Program-made: the position numbers and the translations under genes
Shown here: positions 19,541 to 29,221 of the stretch, in pieces
Position numbering within the stretch: the stretch's first letter is position 1
Layout: every line of letters begins with the position of its first letter
The notes under the pieces: generated by a model
Database searches by the model: none
Seen by the model: the letters and a program-made list of their open reading frames with translations, nothing else
Told to the model about the DNA's origin: nothing
Source of the DNA: a virus
Length of the DNA: 64,000 nt
Reading direction: 5' to 3' (one strand)
IMG/VR virus record: IMGVR_UViG_3300008108_000039
Location: 32,001 to 96,000 of that record

Positions 19541-20461
19541 TATAATATTTGTTTTTTAGTTGTTTCTAATATTTTAGCTATACAAGCAGCAAAGTTTATT
19601 TCTTTATCTGGCACTACACCTGCTCGCCAAATAAAATCATCTAATATAACTGATAGTTGGGCATCATTTCCATAACTAAATTCAGATAAATTATCAAACA
19701 TATAGCGATAAGCTGTTTGAAAGTCGTCAACTTGCGCGTCAGCTACAAGTTGGCGGATTTGGTACCAAGCATTTTTCTCGCGTTGTTTTAGTATTTGAAC
19801 TAATGGTTTACACCAATTATCATCTAATTTATCAACTACTAATATAGTTTCTCCTGATAATGGATCAAGTATAGAGTTTTGTTGTAATATTTTAATAATT
19901 GATCTTACATCAGGATAAAATGTATTTACTACCTGAGCAATATCTTCCATCTTATACATTATTTTTTCAACATCTAAAATGTTGGTGCAAATATGTTTTG
20001 CAACAGCACCTTTAGATGGTGGTTTTAATATATGAATCTCACAACGTGATTGAAGTGGTTCAATCAATCGTTCAATATAATTACACGTTAATATAAAACG
20101 AGTATATGCTGAGTATTCTTCAATTAGATTACGTAATGCTGCTTGAGCGGGTTGTGTTAAAAAATCAGCTTCATCTAATATAACAACTTTAAGTGGTTGA
20201 AATGATGACTTTATCCCTAATAACATCAATCCCATTTTCATCACTAGCGTTAAGATAGAGATAATCACATTTGATATTTTTAACAATTAATTTAGCTAAT
20301 GTTGTTTTACCTGTTCCTGCTGTGCCACTAAATATAAAATGGGGTATATCATTAGTAGCAATACAAGCAGCAATACGAGCTTTAATATCATCGTTACCTA
20401 TATATTGTTCTAATGTTTGGCTACGAAACTTTTCAATCCACAGTGTATGTTCTCTTTTCAT
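19540..20461 (-). pseudogene. Clamp loader AAA+ ATPase (gp44/RFC small subunit-like), split by an apparent ~20 nt deletion/frameshift near 20208
   Basis: 5' ORF (20189-20461): WIEKFR, GTAGTGKTT, NASDENGIDVIRDKV. The +1 frame continues SSFQPLKVVILDEAD...LQSRC. Identity is secure; whether the disruption is real is not. Confidence 0.75.
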
Positions 20462-20493
20462 AACTTAAATATATAATTTTTATTTTGACAATT

Positions 20494-21057
20494 CTAATAC
20501 TTAGATGACTTTTCTAAATTATCCTTCCACCATAGTGGTTGAAGATTAGTATAATGAAAGCATTGTTTTTGTTGCTCATAATCAGATAAATCAAATGATA
20601 CACATGGTCTAATATGATCTATATGCCATCCCTTTCTACCATAATTTTCCCAATTCATACCTTCAGTAAATTTGGAAGCAATATGTTGTTTAAATTTTTC
20701 CATACTACATCCCAACATATCCATTGTTTTAGCACCTTTAGAATTAGTATGAAGAGCAGCTCTTAAACGTTCTCTTAGGTTATGTGCTATCCTATATTCT
20801 ATATTAGTAGATAATTTTTCTTTAAACCACTCATTCATATACCCCGGACGATCTCTTAACCATTGTTTAACTTGATCGTTTTGTTTTTGTTTAAATTCAG
20901 GATTTTGTTCTTTATATTCTTTAAAATATCTTAATCGTTTTTCTTTATGTTTATGATATGATTTATTATCCATTTTGCTTTTACAAGTAGTACAATAATT
21001 ACTTGTTCTACCTACAGGCAATTCAATTTTACATTTAAAACATTTTTTAACTTCCAT
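20494..21057 (-). mobile_element. Free-standing HNH homing endonuclease
   Basis: N-terminal CxxC..CxxC; WHIDHIRP...CFHYTNLQPLW..DNLEK. Confidence 0.85.
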
Positions 21058-21088
21058 ATTATTATCGTTTCCAATAAATATATGAAAG
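21051..21088 (-). promoter_or_regulatory. Start-codon-sequestering hairpin containing the promoter motif (HNH gene)
   Basis: CUUUCAUAU..UUAUUG-GAAA-CGAUAA..AUAUGGAAG. Confidence 0.7.
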
Positions 21089-21129
21089 CTAGAAAAATAT
21101 CGAATTATATTAAAAGTTGTTTCATAAAA

Positions 21130-21690
21130 TTATACTACTGTATATTTTGTTTTATTAATACTAATTTCAGATATAGTGTTGTATTTTACGCGACGGATAG
21201 CCTCATATGATTGTCCTTTTTTAGCTTCAACCATATCTTTTACCATTAAATAATCTAATTTTGTATCATTTAAATCTTTTAAATAACGACAAACCATTTT
21301 TCTATTATCTTTATTTAATTTCGTAAATGTAATACTAAAGATTTTGCCTCTACTATTTTCAATTAATTGTTTAGTTGTATTAACATCAATTACACCTCCA
21401 TTAGTAATTTGTACTTTAGTTTTAGTAGATTTTTTAAATGGGGTTGGATTAATAGGATTTTTAGGATCATAATATATTCTATATGAACCATTATCTTCAT
21501 AATTAAATATACCTTGATCAGCAAAAAACGCCATAGTTGTTGAGACTTGTTCTTGAAACCAAGAATAATGAGGATATTTTTTACGAAGTTCCTGTTTAAT
21601 TTCAAGAGTAGTAATAGTGTTATTAGCATGAAGAAGTTCCTTAGCTACTGTTTCAATTAAATCAATTTGATAAGATGTTAAAGTGTTCAT
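21130..21690 (-). CDS. Winged-helix-like N-terminus plus WYL/SH3-like C-terminal protein
   Basis: TTLEIKQELR...QEQVS helix pattern; C-terminal GKIFSITFTK...RKMVC...IRRVKYNTI. Confidence 0.5.
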   Translation of the reverse strand: MNTLTSYQIDLIETVAKELLHANNTITTLEIKQELRKKYPHYSWFQEQVSTTMAFFADQGIFNYEDNGSYRIYYDPKNPINPTPFKKSTKTKVQITNGGVIDVNTTKQLIENSRGKIFSITFTKLNKDNRKMVCRYLKDLNDTKLDYLMVKDMVEAKKGQSYEAIRRVKYNTISEISINKTKYTVV

Positions 21691-21695
21691 ATTGT

Positions 21696-22907
21696 TTATT
21701 TTAAATGTATAATATATTTGATTCTATTTTGATGTTCATGATAAGCAATAATCTCAGAATTGAGTAATCCATTTCCTGCATTCACATGAGTACTGTCAAA
21801 ACCTCTTTCACTTAAATTTTTATAATTTAAAGTAAATGAATTACCTCTATACCAACCATTATAGATATAAGGGTTACCTGTGTGGACTTCATATATTAAA
21901 AGTATAGTATCTTTATCATAACCTGTATAGTTAAGTGATTTATCTGTTACTTCTGAAAAGTAGTTACCTTCACCATATGCTTTTCCACTAAATTGAAAAT
22001 TTCCTGCAGGGCGAATTTTAAGACCTTCTCTTAAGATAGGAATAACTGATGTACAGCGAGTACCATGAATGAGATATCGTGTTTGTTTATTGTTTTGCTT
22101 ATCAATCCAGTTTGTAAAACGATTATCTTCCCAAGCTTTTTCAACAGCATAAACACTTTCAATACGTTTTCTACGACTTGTATTTAATTGGTTAATTATG
22201 TATTGAATTTCTTTTTCTTTAGTATGGTCACATTTTTTTAATTTAATACCTAAAGCTTCAAGAAATGTTTGTTGTTCTTTATTTTCCTTTTTGTCTTCAT
22301 CTTTCTTAGTATCTTGAAACATAGATACTTGAGAAGATATAGCGTCAATATTATCTTGTTCTTGTACTAATGTTTTATCTAAATTAATATTAGGAAGAAT
22401 ATTATGTCTAACATTAGACATATAACGAGGAATAATAGTATAAAGTTCAATTAATTTATCATTAATTGCTTTTTCATTTTTTCTATCTATTTTAGATAAA
22501 TCATCAAGAATTTTTTGTGCTTCATCAATTTGTTTTTGACTAACTTTATCACATTTTACTGAATATGTTTTTTTAACTAGATCATTAGTGTAATTCCTCA
22601 TTAATGTGATAAAGTTATCAATTTGATTATCTTCAATACGTAAATAAGAATCAGTACTTTTATCTGTTTTTTCTTCAACTTTAACTGATACTAAAGCTGT
22701 AACGTCTGTATATCCTTTATCTATTTTTTCATTATATATATTTTTCCATTTTGAAATAGGTTTATGAAGAGTAGTTTTAGTGGAATCAATTCTACCATAG
22801 TTAATAGTAAAAGTAGGGCCACCTTCATAAATCATTTCATAATACTTGTTGTTATTAGCCCCAGTTACCATAATTAACTTGGCATATTTTTTATCAACTG
22901 AATTCAT
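21696..22907 (-). CDS. PARP-like ADP-ribosyltransferase (WGR + regulatory + catalytic domains)
   Basis: NNNKYY..YGRI (WGR-like), ELYTIIP (regulatory helix, cf. PARP1 FYTLIP), HGT, GKAYGEGNYF, KSLNY, NSEIIAY (H-Y-E triad). Confidence 0.85.
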   Translation of the reverse strand: MNSVDKKYAKLIMVTGANNNKYYEMIYEGGPTFTINYGRIDSTKTTLHKPISKWKNIYNEKIDKGYTDVTALVSVKVEEKTDKSTDSYLRIEDNQIDNFITLMRNYTNDLVKKTYSVKCDKVSQKQIDEAQKILDDLSKIDRKNEKAINDKLIELYTIIPRYMSNVRHNILPNINLDKTLVQEQDNIDAISSQVSMFQDTKKDEDKKENKEQQTFLEALGIKLKKCDHTKEKEIQYIINQLNTSRRKRIESVYAVEKAWEDNRFTNWIDKQNNKQTRYLIHGTRCTSVIPILREGLKIRPAGNFQFSGKAYGEGNYFSEVTDKSLNYTGYDKDTILLIYEVHTGNPYIYNGWYRGNSFTLNYKNLSERGFDSTHVNAGNGLLNSEIIAYHEHQNRIKYIIHLK

Positions 22908-22930
22908 AACAAATTATTTATAAAACAAAA

Positions 22931-24553
22931 TTACATTCCAAATTCTGCCATTCCACCTAAATCATCTTTTTTCTTATCTTCAGGTTTTTCATGAATTACA
23001 GCTTCAGTCATTAGTAATGTAACAGCAGCGTGAGCAGCATTTTCAAGAGCACAACGTACTACTTTAGTAGGATCCATAATACCTGATTTGAAAGCATCAA
23101 CTGTTGTATTATTTGCAATGTCAGGAACAACTGATTTATCTGTTTTAGAATTTAATTTATCCCACCATTCTTGAGGATCTTCTCCTGCATTTTTAAGGAT
23201 TTGTTTAAATGGTTTAGCACAAGCTTGGAATATAATTGATACACCTTTACTTTTATCATCCTTACCCATCACATCAAGTACTCTTCTAGCATGTAATAAA
23301 GCGATACCTGCACCTGGTAATATACCTTCATCAAGAGCTGCTTTGGTAGCTTGTAAAGCATCATCTAAGCGGTCTTTCTTTTCTTTCATTTCAATTTCAG
23401 TACCACCACCTACATTAATAATAGCTACTCCACCAACCATTTTACCTAAACGCTCTTGCAATTTTTCAACGTTGTATGGTGTAGTTTCTTTTTCTAATTG
23501 ATTTTTTAAAGATAAAATACGTTCTTCAATTTTCTTAGGATCTCCTTTACCATCTACAATTGTAGTAGCTTCTTTACCTACAGTAACAATTCTAGCTTGA
23601 CCTAACCAATCTGTATTAAATTTGGATAATGACATACCTCTTTCTGGGGAAACAACAGTAGCACCAGTTAATATAGCTATATCTTCTAACATTTGATTTC
23701 TTAAATCACCAAAGCCAGGTGCCTTTACAGCAGCTACTTTCAACGCTCCTCTACCTTTATTCATTACAAGAGTTGCTAATGCTTCACCCTCAATGTCTTC
23801 AGCAATAATAAGTAAAGCTTTTTGTTCAGCTGATACTCTTTCTAATAGATGCAATAAATCTTTAATTACTGTTATCTTTTTATCATAAATTAAAATAAAA
23901 GGATCATTTAAAACAGCAGTCATTGAATTATTGTCTGTAATAAAATAGTGTGATTTATATCCTCTATCGAATTGTAATCCTTCTACCACTTCAAGTGATG
24001 TTTCACCAGTACGTGATTCTTCTACTGTTACTACTCCATCTCTACCTACTTTATCTAAGGCAGTAGCTACTAATTCTCCAATTTCAGTATCACCATTTGC
24101 AGATAATGTTGCAATTTGTTTAATTTGTTCTTCGCTAGTAATGTCTACAGACATTTCTTTCAATTCATTAACTACAGCTTTAACTGCTTCTTCAATACCT
24201 CTTTTTATTTGAGTAGCATTAGTTGAAGCATATGTTGTTGCTTCTAATGCGTGAGATGCTATTGAATGTGCTAACACAGTTGAAGTAGTTGTACCATCAC
24301 CAGCTTGATCAACTGTTTTTTGTGCTGCTTGTTTAATAACAGTAGCAGCCATATTTTCAATTGGATCTTCTAAAACAATTGTTTTAGCAACAGTGACACC
24401 ATCTTTGGTTGATGATACTTCATTGTGTTCTTTTTCAATTAATACATTACGTCCAAAAGGACCCATAGTAATAGAAACAGCTTTGTTAACTTTATCAATA
24501 CCTTTTTGTAGTTTTTCTTTCGCCTCGCGGTCGAAACTAATTATTTTACTCAT
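22931..24553 (-). CDS. groEL: Chaperonin GroEL
   Basis: [35 protein letters not shown]-terminal GGM-like tail. Confidence 0.97.
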   Translation of the reverse strand: MSKIISFDREAKEKLQKGIDKVNKAVSITMGPFGRNVLIEKEHNEVSSTKDGVTVAKTIVLEDPIENMAATVIKQAAQKTVDQAGDGTTTSTVLAHSIASHALEATTYASTNATQIKRGIEEAVKAVVNELKEMSVDITSEEQIKQIATLSANGDTEIGELVATALDKVGRDGVVTVEESRTGETSLEVVEGLQFDRGYKSHYFITDNNSMTAVLNDPFILIYDKKITVIKDLLHLLERVSAEQKALLIIAEDIEGEALATLVMNKGRGALKVAAVKAPGFGDLRNQMLEDIAILTGATVVSPERGMSLSKFNTDWLGQARIVTVGKEATTIVDGKGDPKKIEERILSLKNQLEKETTPYNVEKLQERLGKMVGGVAIINVGGGTEIEMKEKKDRLDDALQATKAALDEGILPGAGIALLHARRVLDVMGKDDKSKGVSIIFQACAKPFKQILKNAGEDPQEWWDKLNSKTDKSVVPDIANNTTVDAFKSGIMDPTKVVRCALENAAHAAVTLLMTEAVIHEKPEDKKKDDLGGMAEFGM

Positions 24554-24737
24554 ATTTTGTTTCCTTTATTTTATATTTGTTTTTATTTAAATCCAGTTGT
24601 ATATATTCATCACATTTCCAACAATTCGATTTAGGCATATTGTCAAAATTTCCTCCAATTCCATCATGTTGCCCATAATGTATTTCATTTATAATTCCAC
24701 ATTTAGGGCATTCTATATCTATGTCGTAGGAGGTCAT
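24546..24737 (-). CDS. Zn-ribbon hypothetical protein
   Basis: CPKC...CWKC. Confidence 0.55.
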   Translation of the reverse strand: MTSYDIDIECPKCGIINEIHYGQHDGIGGNFDNMPKSNCWKCDEYIQLDLNKNKYKIKETKYE

Positions 24738-25015
24738 ATTTTATTATAAATTTTATATCCTGCAAACCAATATCCTACTGGTTTAGCATAAACAAATTGT
24801 TTTTTAAATATTTCCCATTTACGGTTTGAAGAATTTTTAGTTGGCACCTCAGCAGAAGTTGGTATGTCGTAAGATTCAGGTTTATTACACTCTGGATAAT
24901 GTTTATTTATTCCATGGCAATTAATGCAAAATTTATTTGAGTGCATATATTGCCCTCCTCCTTGAGGTACATTTACAACATCACTTACTTCTGTATTTCT
25001 AAACTTACGTGCCAT
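24734..25015 (-). CDS. Hypothetical protein
   Basis: 93 aa, CxxC...H..C; coupled overlaps with neighbours. Confidence 0.55.
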   Translation of the reverse strand: MARKFRNTEVSDVVNVPQGGGQYMHSNKFCINCHGINKHYPECNKPESYDIPTSAEVPTKNSSNRKWEIFKKQFVYAKPVGYWFAGYKIYNKI

Positions 25016-25308
25016 TATTTTTCTAAAATTACTAACAAATCAGATTCTTTCATTACAACATATTCTTCACCTTCAATGGTCATTTTAGTTCCACCAAAAG
25101 CAGGAAATACTACTGTTTGACCAACTTTAATTTTTGTTTCAATAAATGCTTCTCCAGTAACAGAAAAAATACCAGGTCCTACTGCTACCACTTCACCCAT
25201 AAGTGGTTTTTCCTTACCCATATCAGGTATTAAAATGTTACCATACATTTCTTCTGAGTTGTCATTTTGTTTAATTACAATGTGATTGTGTAATGGTACT
25301 ATTTTCAT
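25015..25308 (-). CDS. groES: Co-chaperonin GroES
   Basis: PLHNHIV, GNILIPD..KEKP..GEVVAVGPG, GEEYVVMKESDLL. Confidence 0.95.
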   Translation of the reverse strand: MKIVPLHNHIVIKQNDNSEEMYGNILIPDMGKEKPLMGEVVAVGPGIFSVTGEAFIETKIKVGQTVVFPAFGGTKMTIEGEEYVVMKESDLLVILEK

Positions 25309-25325
25309 AATAAAAATTTATTTAA

Positions 25326-25356
25326 TAAATATACAATAATTTTATATAGTTTCCAA
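25326..25356 (-). promoter_or_regulatory. Promoter TTG-N20-TATATTTA upstream of groES
   Basis: Same 20-nt spacing counted at 45412, 47548 and 61552. Confidence 0.65.
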
Positions 25357-25358
25357 GT

Positions 25359-26087
25359 TTAGTTAGCTAGATTTGCTAATACTATATAAGAGGATTTATG
25401 TCCTTCTTTATTTTCAAAATCTAATTTTATGGCTCCCTGATCAGAAATAAAAGCTTTTCCTGTTGAATCTGAGTTAGCGTCAAATATAGATTTAATATAA
25501 TCAGCATTAAATTTTAATATATTTGATGGTATTGTTAAATTTGGTATAGGTATTTCAAATTGTATTTTATTTGAATGACCTTCTGGTTCTCCTAAAGTAA
25601 ATTTAACTTTATGTTCACTATCTTTATTTGTATATGCTTGAATAAGAGTTGTATCAGAATTTAATGCTTTTTTAGCTTTAACCCAGTTACTAACTAATTC
25701 AGGTGTAATGTCAAATTCATAATCACTTTCAAATTCATTTATTGAAAAACTAGCATTTGGAGCTAACATTAAATTAGCTAATGCATATTCTAAATTATAT
25801 TCATTATCTGCTATCAATAATCTAGTAGCAATATCATTATGAGATTGTAGGTCTATAGTGATAAATTGGTTACAAATATTAATTAACTTTAAAAATTTAG
25901 ATGTATCAAATATTAAAAATTCACTATCAGTAAATTCGAAAGGAGCAGTAATTATACCTACCATATCTTTAGTAGGTGAAAATGTTTTGATAGTAACTAC
26001 ATTATCTTTTACTGTCCATCTTACTTTCTCACCAATTCCATCTAAATAGTATTTATAAACTATTGATAATAACGATTGTTTTTCCAT
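25359..26087 (-). CDS. Sliding clamp (gp45/PCNA-like)
   Basis: 242 aa two-domain alpha/beta pattern (FLIFDTSKFLKLI; FNADYIKSIF); next to PolB, clamp loader nearby. Confidence 0.65.
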   Translation of the reverse strand: MEKQSLLSIVYKYYLDGIGEKVRWTVKDNVVTIKTFSPTKDMVGIITAPFEFTDSEFLIFDTSKFLKLINICNQFITIDLQSHNDIATRLLIADNEYNLEYALANLMLAPNASFSINEFESDYEFDITPELVSNWVKAKKALNSDTTLIQAYTNKDSEHKVKFTLGEPEGHSNKIQFEIPIPNLTIPSNILKFNADYIKSIFDANSDSTGKAFISDQGAIKLDFENKEGHKSSYIVLANLAN

Positions 26088-26088
26088 A

Positions 26089-26427
26089 TTATTTCCAAAG
26101 TATTTGAATTAAAATTATTGCAATTCCTAGGCCTAAACAAATGAGTGTTTTAAGTGTTAATGGTTCTTTAAACATATAATGAGACATAATAGAAAATACT
26201 ATTACCCCAATACCAAATCCAATTAATCTACTAGGCCATATTTGGCCATCATAAGCTAATACAAAATTACGTACCGAATACATAAATAGCAGTGAAATAG
26301 GTATTCCCATACATGCTACTAAAAAAGTATTATTTTTAAACCACTCATATTTAATTTGTCCTTGTAACTGGAAAAATGTAAGTATTTGGGCTAGTAAACC
26401 GAATAATATTCCTTTTATTAAATTCAT
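26089..26427 (-). CDS. Small 4-TM membrane protein (DMT/SMR-like)
   Basis: Four hydrophobic segments; start moved to MNLIKG (26427) to remove overlap with polB. Confidence 0.65.
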   Translation of the reverse strand: MNLIKGILFGLLAQILTFFQLQGQIKYEWFKNNTFLVACMGIPISLLFMYSVRNFVLAYDGQIWPSRLIGFGIGVIVFSIMSHYMFKEPLTLKTLICLGLGIAIILIQILWK

Positions 26428-26455
26428 ATTACTCAATATACGACTATTATTTTGA

Positions 26456-29182
26456 CTAGACAAATTTAAAAAATTTAGAAGCATTCTCATGCATTGATGG
26501 AAAATCCCATTTTAAATCTTCATAAATGCCTACTAATTTATTCATTAATGTTGTTTCAAATCCTTCATCTCTATCAGCATATTGCTCAATAAATTGAGTA
26601 ATAAATTCGGGATCATTACCTGTAAATCCTATAACATCTATCCTATATGGGTTATTTTTTAATTGAATATATTTCATTTTATCTCCTTCAGTAAAACATG
26701 AATATTGTTTATCTAATTTTTTAAATCGTAATAAATCATTGTACCAAATAGCAGCTTTAGTATTAATAGGAGCTTTTAATTTTAATGTGCTAAATATTTC
26801 ACCTACTCCAGGTTTACGCTCAATATAATTAGATATTTGTTTTACTCCGGTTGGTTTAGCAATTTCAGCTATAGGAAGATTTTTAACATATTTTTTAAAA
26901 TCAGTAATTTTTTTATCTATATCTTTTTTAGGATACCCTTGTAATATTGATTCAATTATTTGAGACCCAAATTTTTTATATAATGGAGTCATATTAGATT
27001 TCATAAGATCAAGACCCATCATTACTAGTTCTTCCGTAGGTACTCCTTCTTTATTTACAATAAGCATTGCATATCGACGTTTACCCGCAAAATACCCTCT
27101 CTCAATTACAACTTCTTGCTTTAATTCAAAATAATGTTTTTTATCTATATTAAATAAAGGTTTAACTAGTTTATTTAAATTATCGTTTGCTGCTTTTTGA
27201 ATCTCATTTGCAATTTCTAATACAGCTTTAACGTATTCATCTTTAGTTTTAAGATCAGGATAACGTTGTAATACTAAATCTTTAACTTGTATAAATAACG
27301 AATCTGTATCTGATGTTACAACATAATCTTTATCTTTAGTATTTAATTGTTCATTCATCCATTTATTAACAAATCTAATTGATTCTTGAGTTACACGTTG
27401 TCCTGTTAATGTAATAGCTTTAGATATCATTTTATGACCATCAGTATAACGCCATCCATTAATAGCATAACATCCATAAACGTCATTTAATTTAATTTTA
27501 TAGGCGTGTTGACGACGATTATAAAATTCTCCTTTAATTACATCACCAGCTTTATATGCTTTTTTCATTAAATTTTTATACTCAACACGTTTATCAAACC
27601 AATCAGATAATACTTCACATACTACTGATGAACGATCTGTTCTAAACATAGCACCAGATGCTGCTATATTAATATTATTTTCCTCTATAAATTTTATAAT
27701 TTGCTTTACAGATACTTGTTGTTGATTTACAGTTCTATTTTCATTTAATCTTTCAATAGTAATTAATTGTTCAGGATCCATTTGTTTTAGATCAATTAAT
27801 GTCCAATTATTATCATATTTGTCTTTATTTACTATTCGCCCAATAAAAGTTTCAATACCTATATTCAAAGAACGAATAATAGAAGGATATAGTGAAGTAA
27901 AATCTAAATCAATAACCCATTCATATAATCCTGGTACTGGATCTTTAAGATATCCACCAGCATATTCCTCATTTTTAATTATGTTAGCTGTATGAAATTG
28001 ATTTATTTGTTTTGTTTCATGAACAAATACATTTACTAATCCATTTCCTACAATACTTACAATATATCCAGTCCACTTTCTACCTGTACCTGGTTTACTT
28101 TTTACTTCATCCTCTATTTCAAATACATTTGATTTCAATGATGGGTTAGTAGTTGTTGGTTTATTTGGTGAAATTATACCTTGACGTTTTAGGTATGTTA
28201 ATATTGCTCCATCATTTAATGCTGTTGATAAGTAAATATTATCATAAGGTACATGACATAGATGACAAATAGCAATTGTTAATTCTATAAATTTAAATTT
28301 ACTTTCTAATTTAATTAATATTTCAACATCACGAAGATTATATTCTATAAATTGATTAATATCTTCTCTAAATAATCTATCAAGACTACCTTCATATGGT
28401 ATTTTACCTAAATTAACATATTTAGTTCCTATATCTCCTAATTTATATGATTCTTCTTGTTTAGCATTATATTTTTTAAACAATAACATGTAATCTAAAT
28501 GGTTAATACCTCCTATTTCAACTGGAGCTTCCATAATGGGATTACCACCTATTTTTATTTTACCAATAGGGGATAACCTTGTTGCTTCAATAGTACCTAA
28601 TTGATTTTCTATTCTACAATACAGATATGGAATATCAAAATATTCACTATTCCATCCGGAAATTACAGTTGGGTCTAATTGTTCCCATAGATTTAAAAAT
28701 GATGATAATAATTCTTTTTCATTATTAAATGGAATAATAGCTCTATTATCTTCATTTATTGTTTGTAATTGTTTTTTTTCATCTAAAATTAAACAGTAAT
28801 ATTTTTGAGTGGTATTATCATAAACAGATATAGCAGTAATTTTAGTAGGAGCATTTCTTATTAGTTCTGGTGTTAATGCTCCTGCAATTTCACACTCAAT
28901 ATCTAAGTAAATAATATTTTGCCACTCAGCAGTATCATCACTATCTTTGTACTTATCAATTAATACTGAAGTACAAGCATCTAGATCTGATTCATATAGT
29001 GATTTATCTTTCCAATCATATTTACTTAATGCCGTAGCCCGTTTACCATCTAATGTATGGTATTGACCTTCAGGATCTATTTTATATCGTGGGCGAATAT
29101 ATTTAAATTCACTCCAACCAGTCTTATCATCGCGTAAATGAAATGTGTAAGTCGTCCTATCGTAGAAAATTGATTGATACAT
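26456..29182 (-). CDS. polB: Family B DNA polymerase with 3'-5' exonuclease
   Basis: DIECE, WNSEYFDIPY, YNLRD, DFTSLYPSII, KIKLNDVYG, SDTDS, KRRYA; start moved to MYQSIF (29182), downstream of the 29200 hairpin. Confidence 0.95.
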   Translation of the reverse strand: MYQSIFYDRTTYTFHLRDDKTGWSEFKYIRPRYKIDPEGQYHTLDGKRATALSKYDWKDKSLYESDLDACTSVLIDKYKDSDDTAEWQNIIYLDIECEIAGALTPELIRNAPTKITAISVYDNTTQKYYCLILDEKKQLQTINEDNRAIIPFNNEKELLSSFLNLWEQLDPTVISGWNSEYFDIPYLYCRIENQLGTIEATRLSPIGKIKIGGNPIMEAPVEIGGINHLDYMLLFKKYNAKQEESYKLGDIGTKYVNLGKIPYEGSLDRLFREDINQFIEYNLRDVEILIKLESKFKFIELTIAICHLCHVPYDNIYLSTALNDGAILTYLKRQGIISPNKPTTTNPSLKSNVFEIEDEVKSKPGTGRKWTGYIVSIVGNGLVNVFVHETKQINQFHTANIIKNEEYAGGYLKDPVPGLYEWVIDLDFTSLYPSIIRSLNIGIETFIGRIVNKDKYDNNWTLIDLKQMDPEQLITIERLNENRTVNQQQVSVKQIIKFIEENNINIAASGAMFRTDRSSVVCEVLSDWFDKRVEYKNLMKKAYKAGDVIKGEFYNRRQHAYKIKLNDVYGCYAINGWRYTDGHKMISKAITLTGQRVTQESIRFVNKWMNEQLNTKDKDYVVTSDTDSLFIQVKDLVLQRYPDLKTKDEYVKAVLEIANEIQKAANDNLNKLVKPLFNIDKKHYFELKQEVVIERGYFAGKRRYAMLIVNKEGVPTEELVMMGLDLMKSNMTPLYKKFGSQIIESILQGYPKKDIDKKITDFKKYVKNLPIAEIAKPTGVKQISNYIERKPGVGEIFSTLKLKAPINTKAAIWYNDLLRFKKLDKQYSCFTEGDKMKYIQLKNNPYRIDVIGFTGNDPEFITQFIEQYADRDEGFETTLMNKLVGIYEDLKWDFPSMHENASKFFKFV

Positions 29183-29199
29183 AACCTTAAATTTAAAAT

Positions 29200-29216
29200 G
29201 GGGCTTTTGCAGCCCC
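29200..29216 (-). terminator. Intrinsic terminator-like hairpin
   Basis: GGGGCT-GCAAA-AGCCCC followed by ATTTTAAATTT on the minus strand, just after the 29222 stop. Confidence 0.65.
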
Positions 29217-29221
29217 AAATT

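Noticed and set aside
20189-20220. Programmed ribosomal frameshift as the sole explanation for the split clamp loader
   Set aside because: No clear slippery site, and conserved residues appear physically missing rather than out of frame
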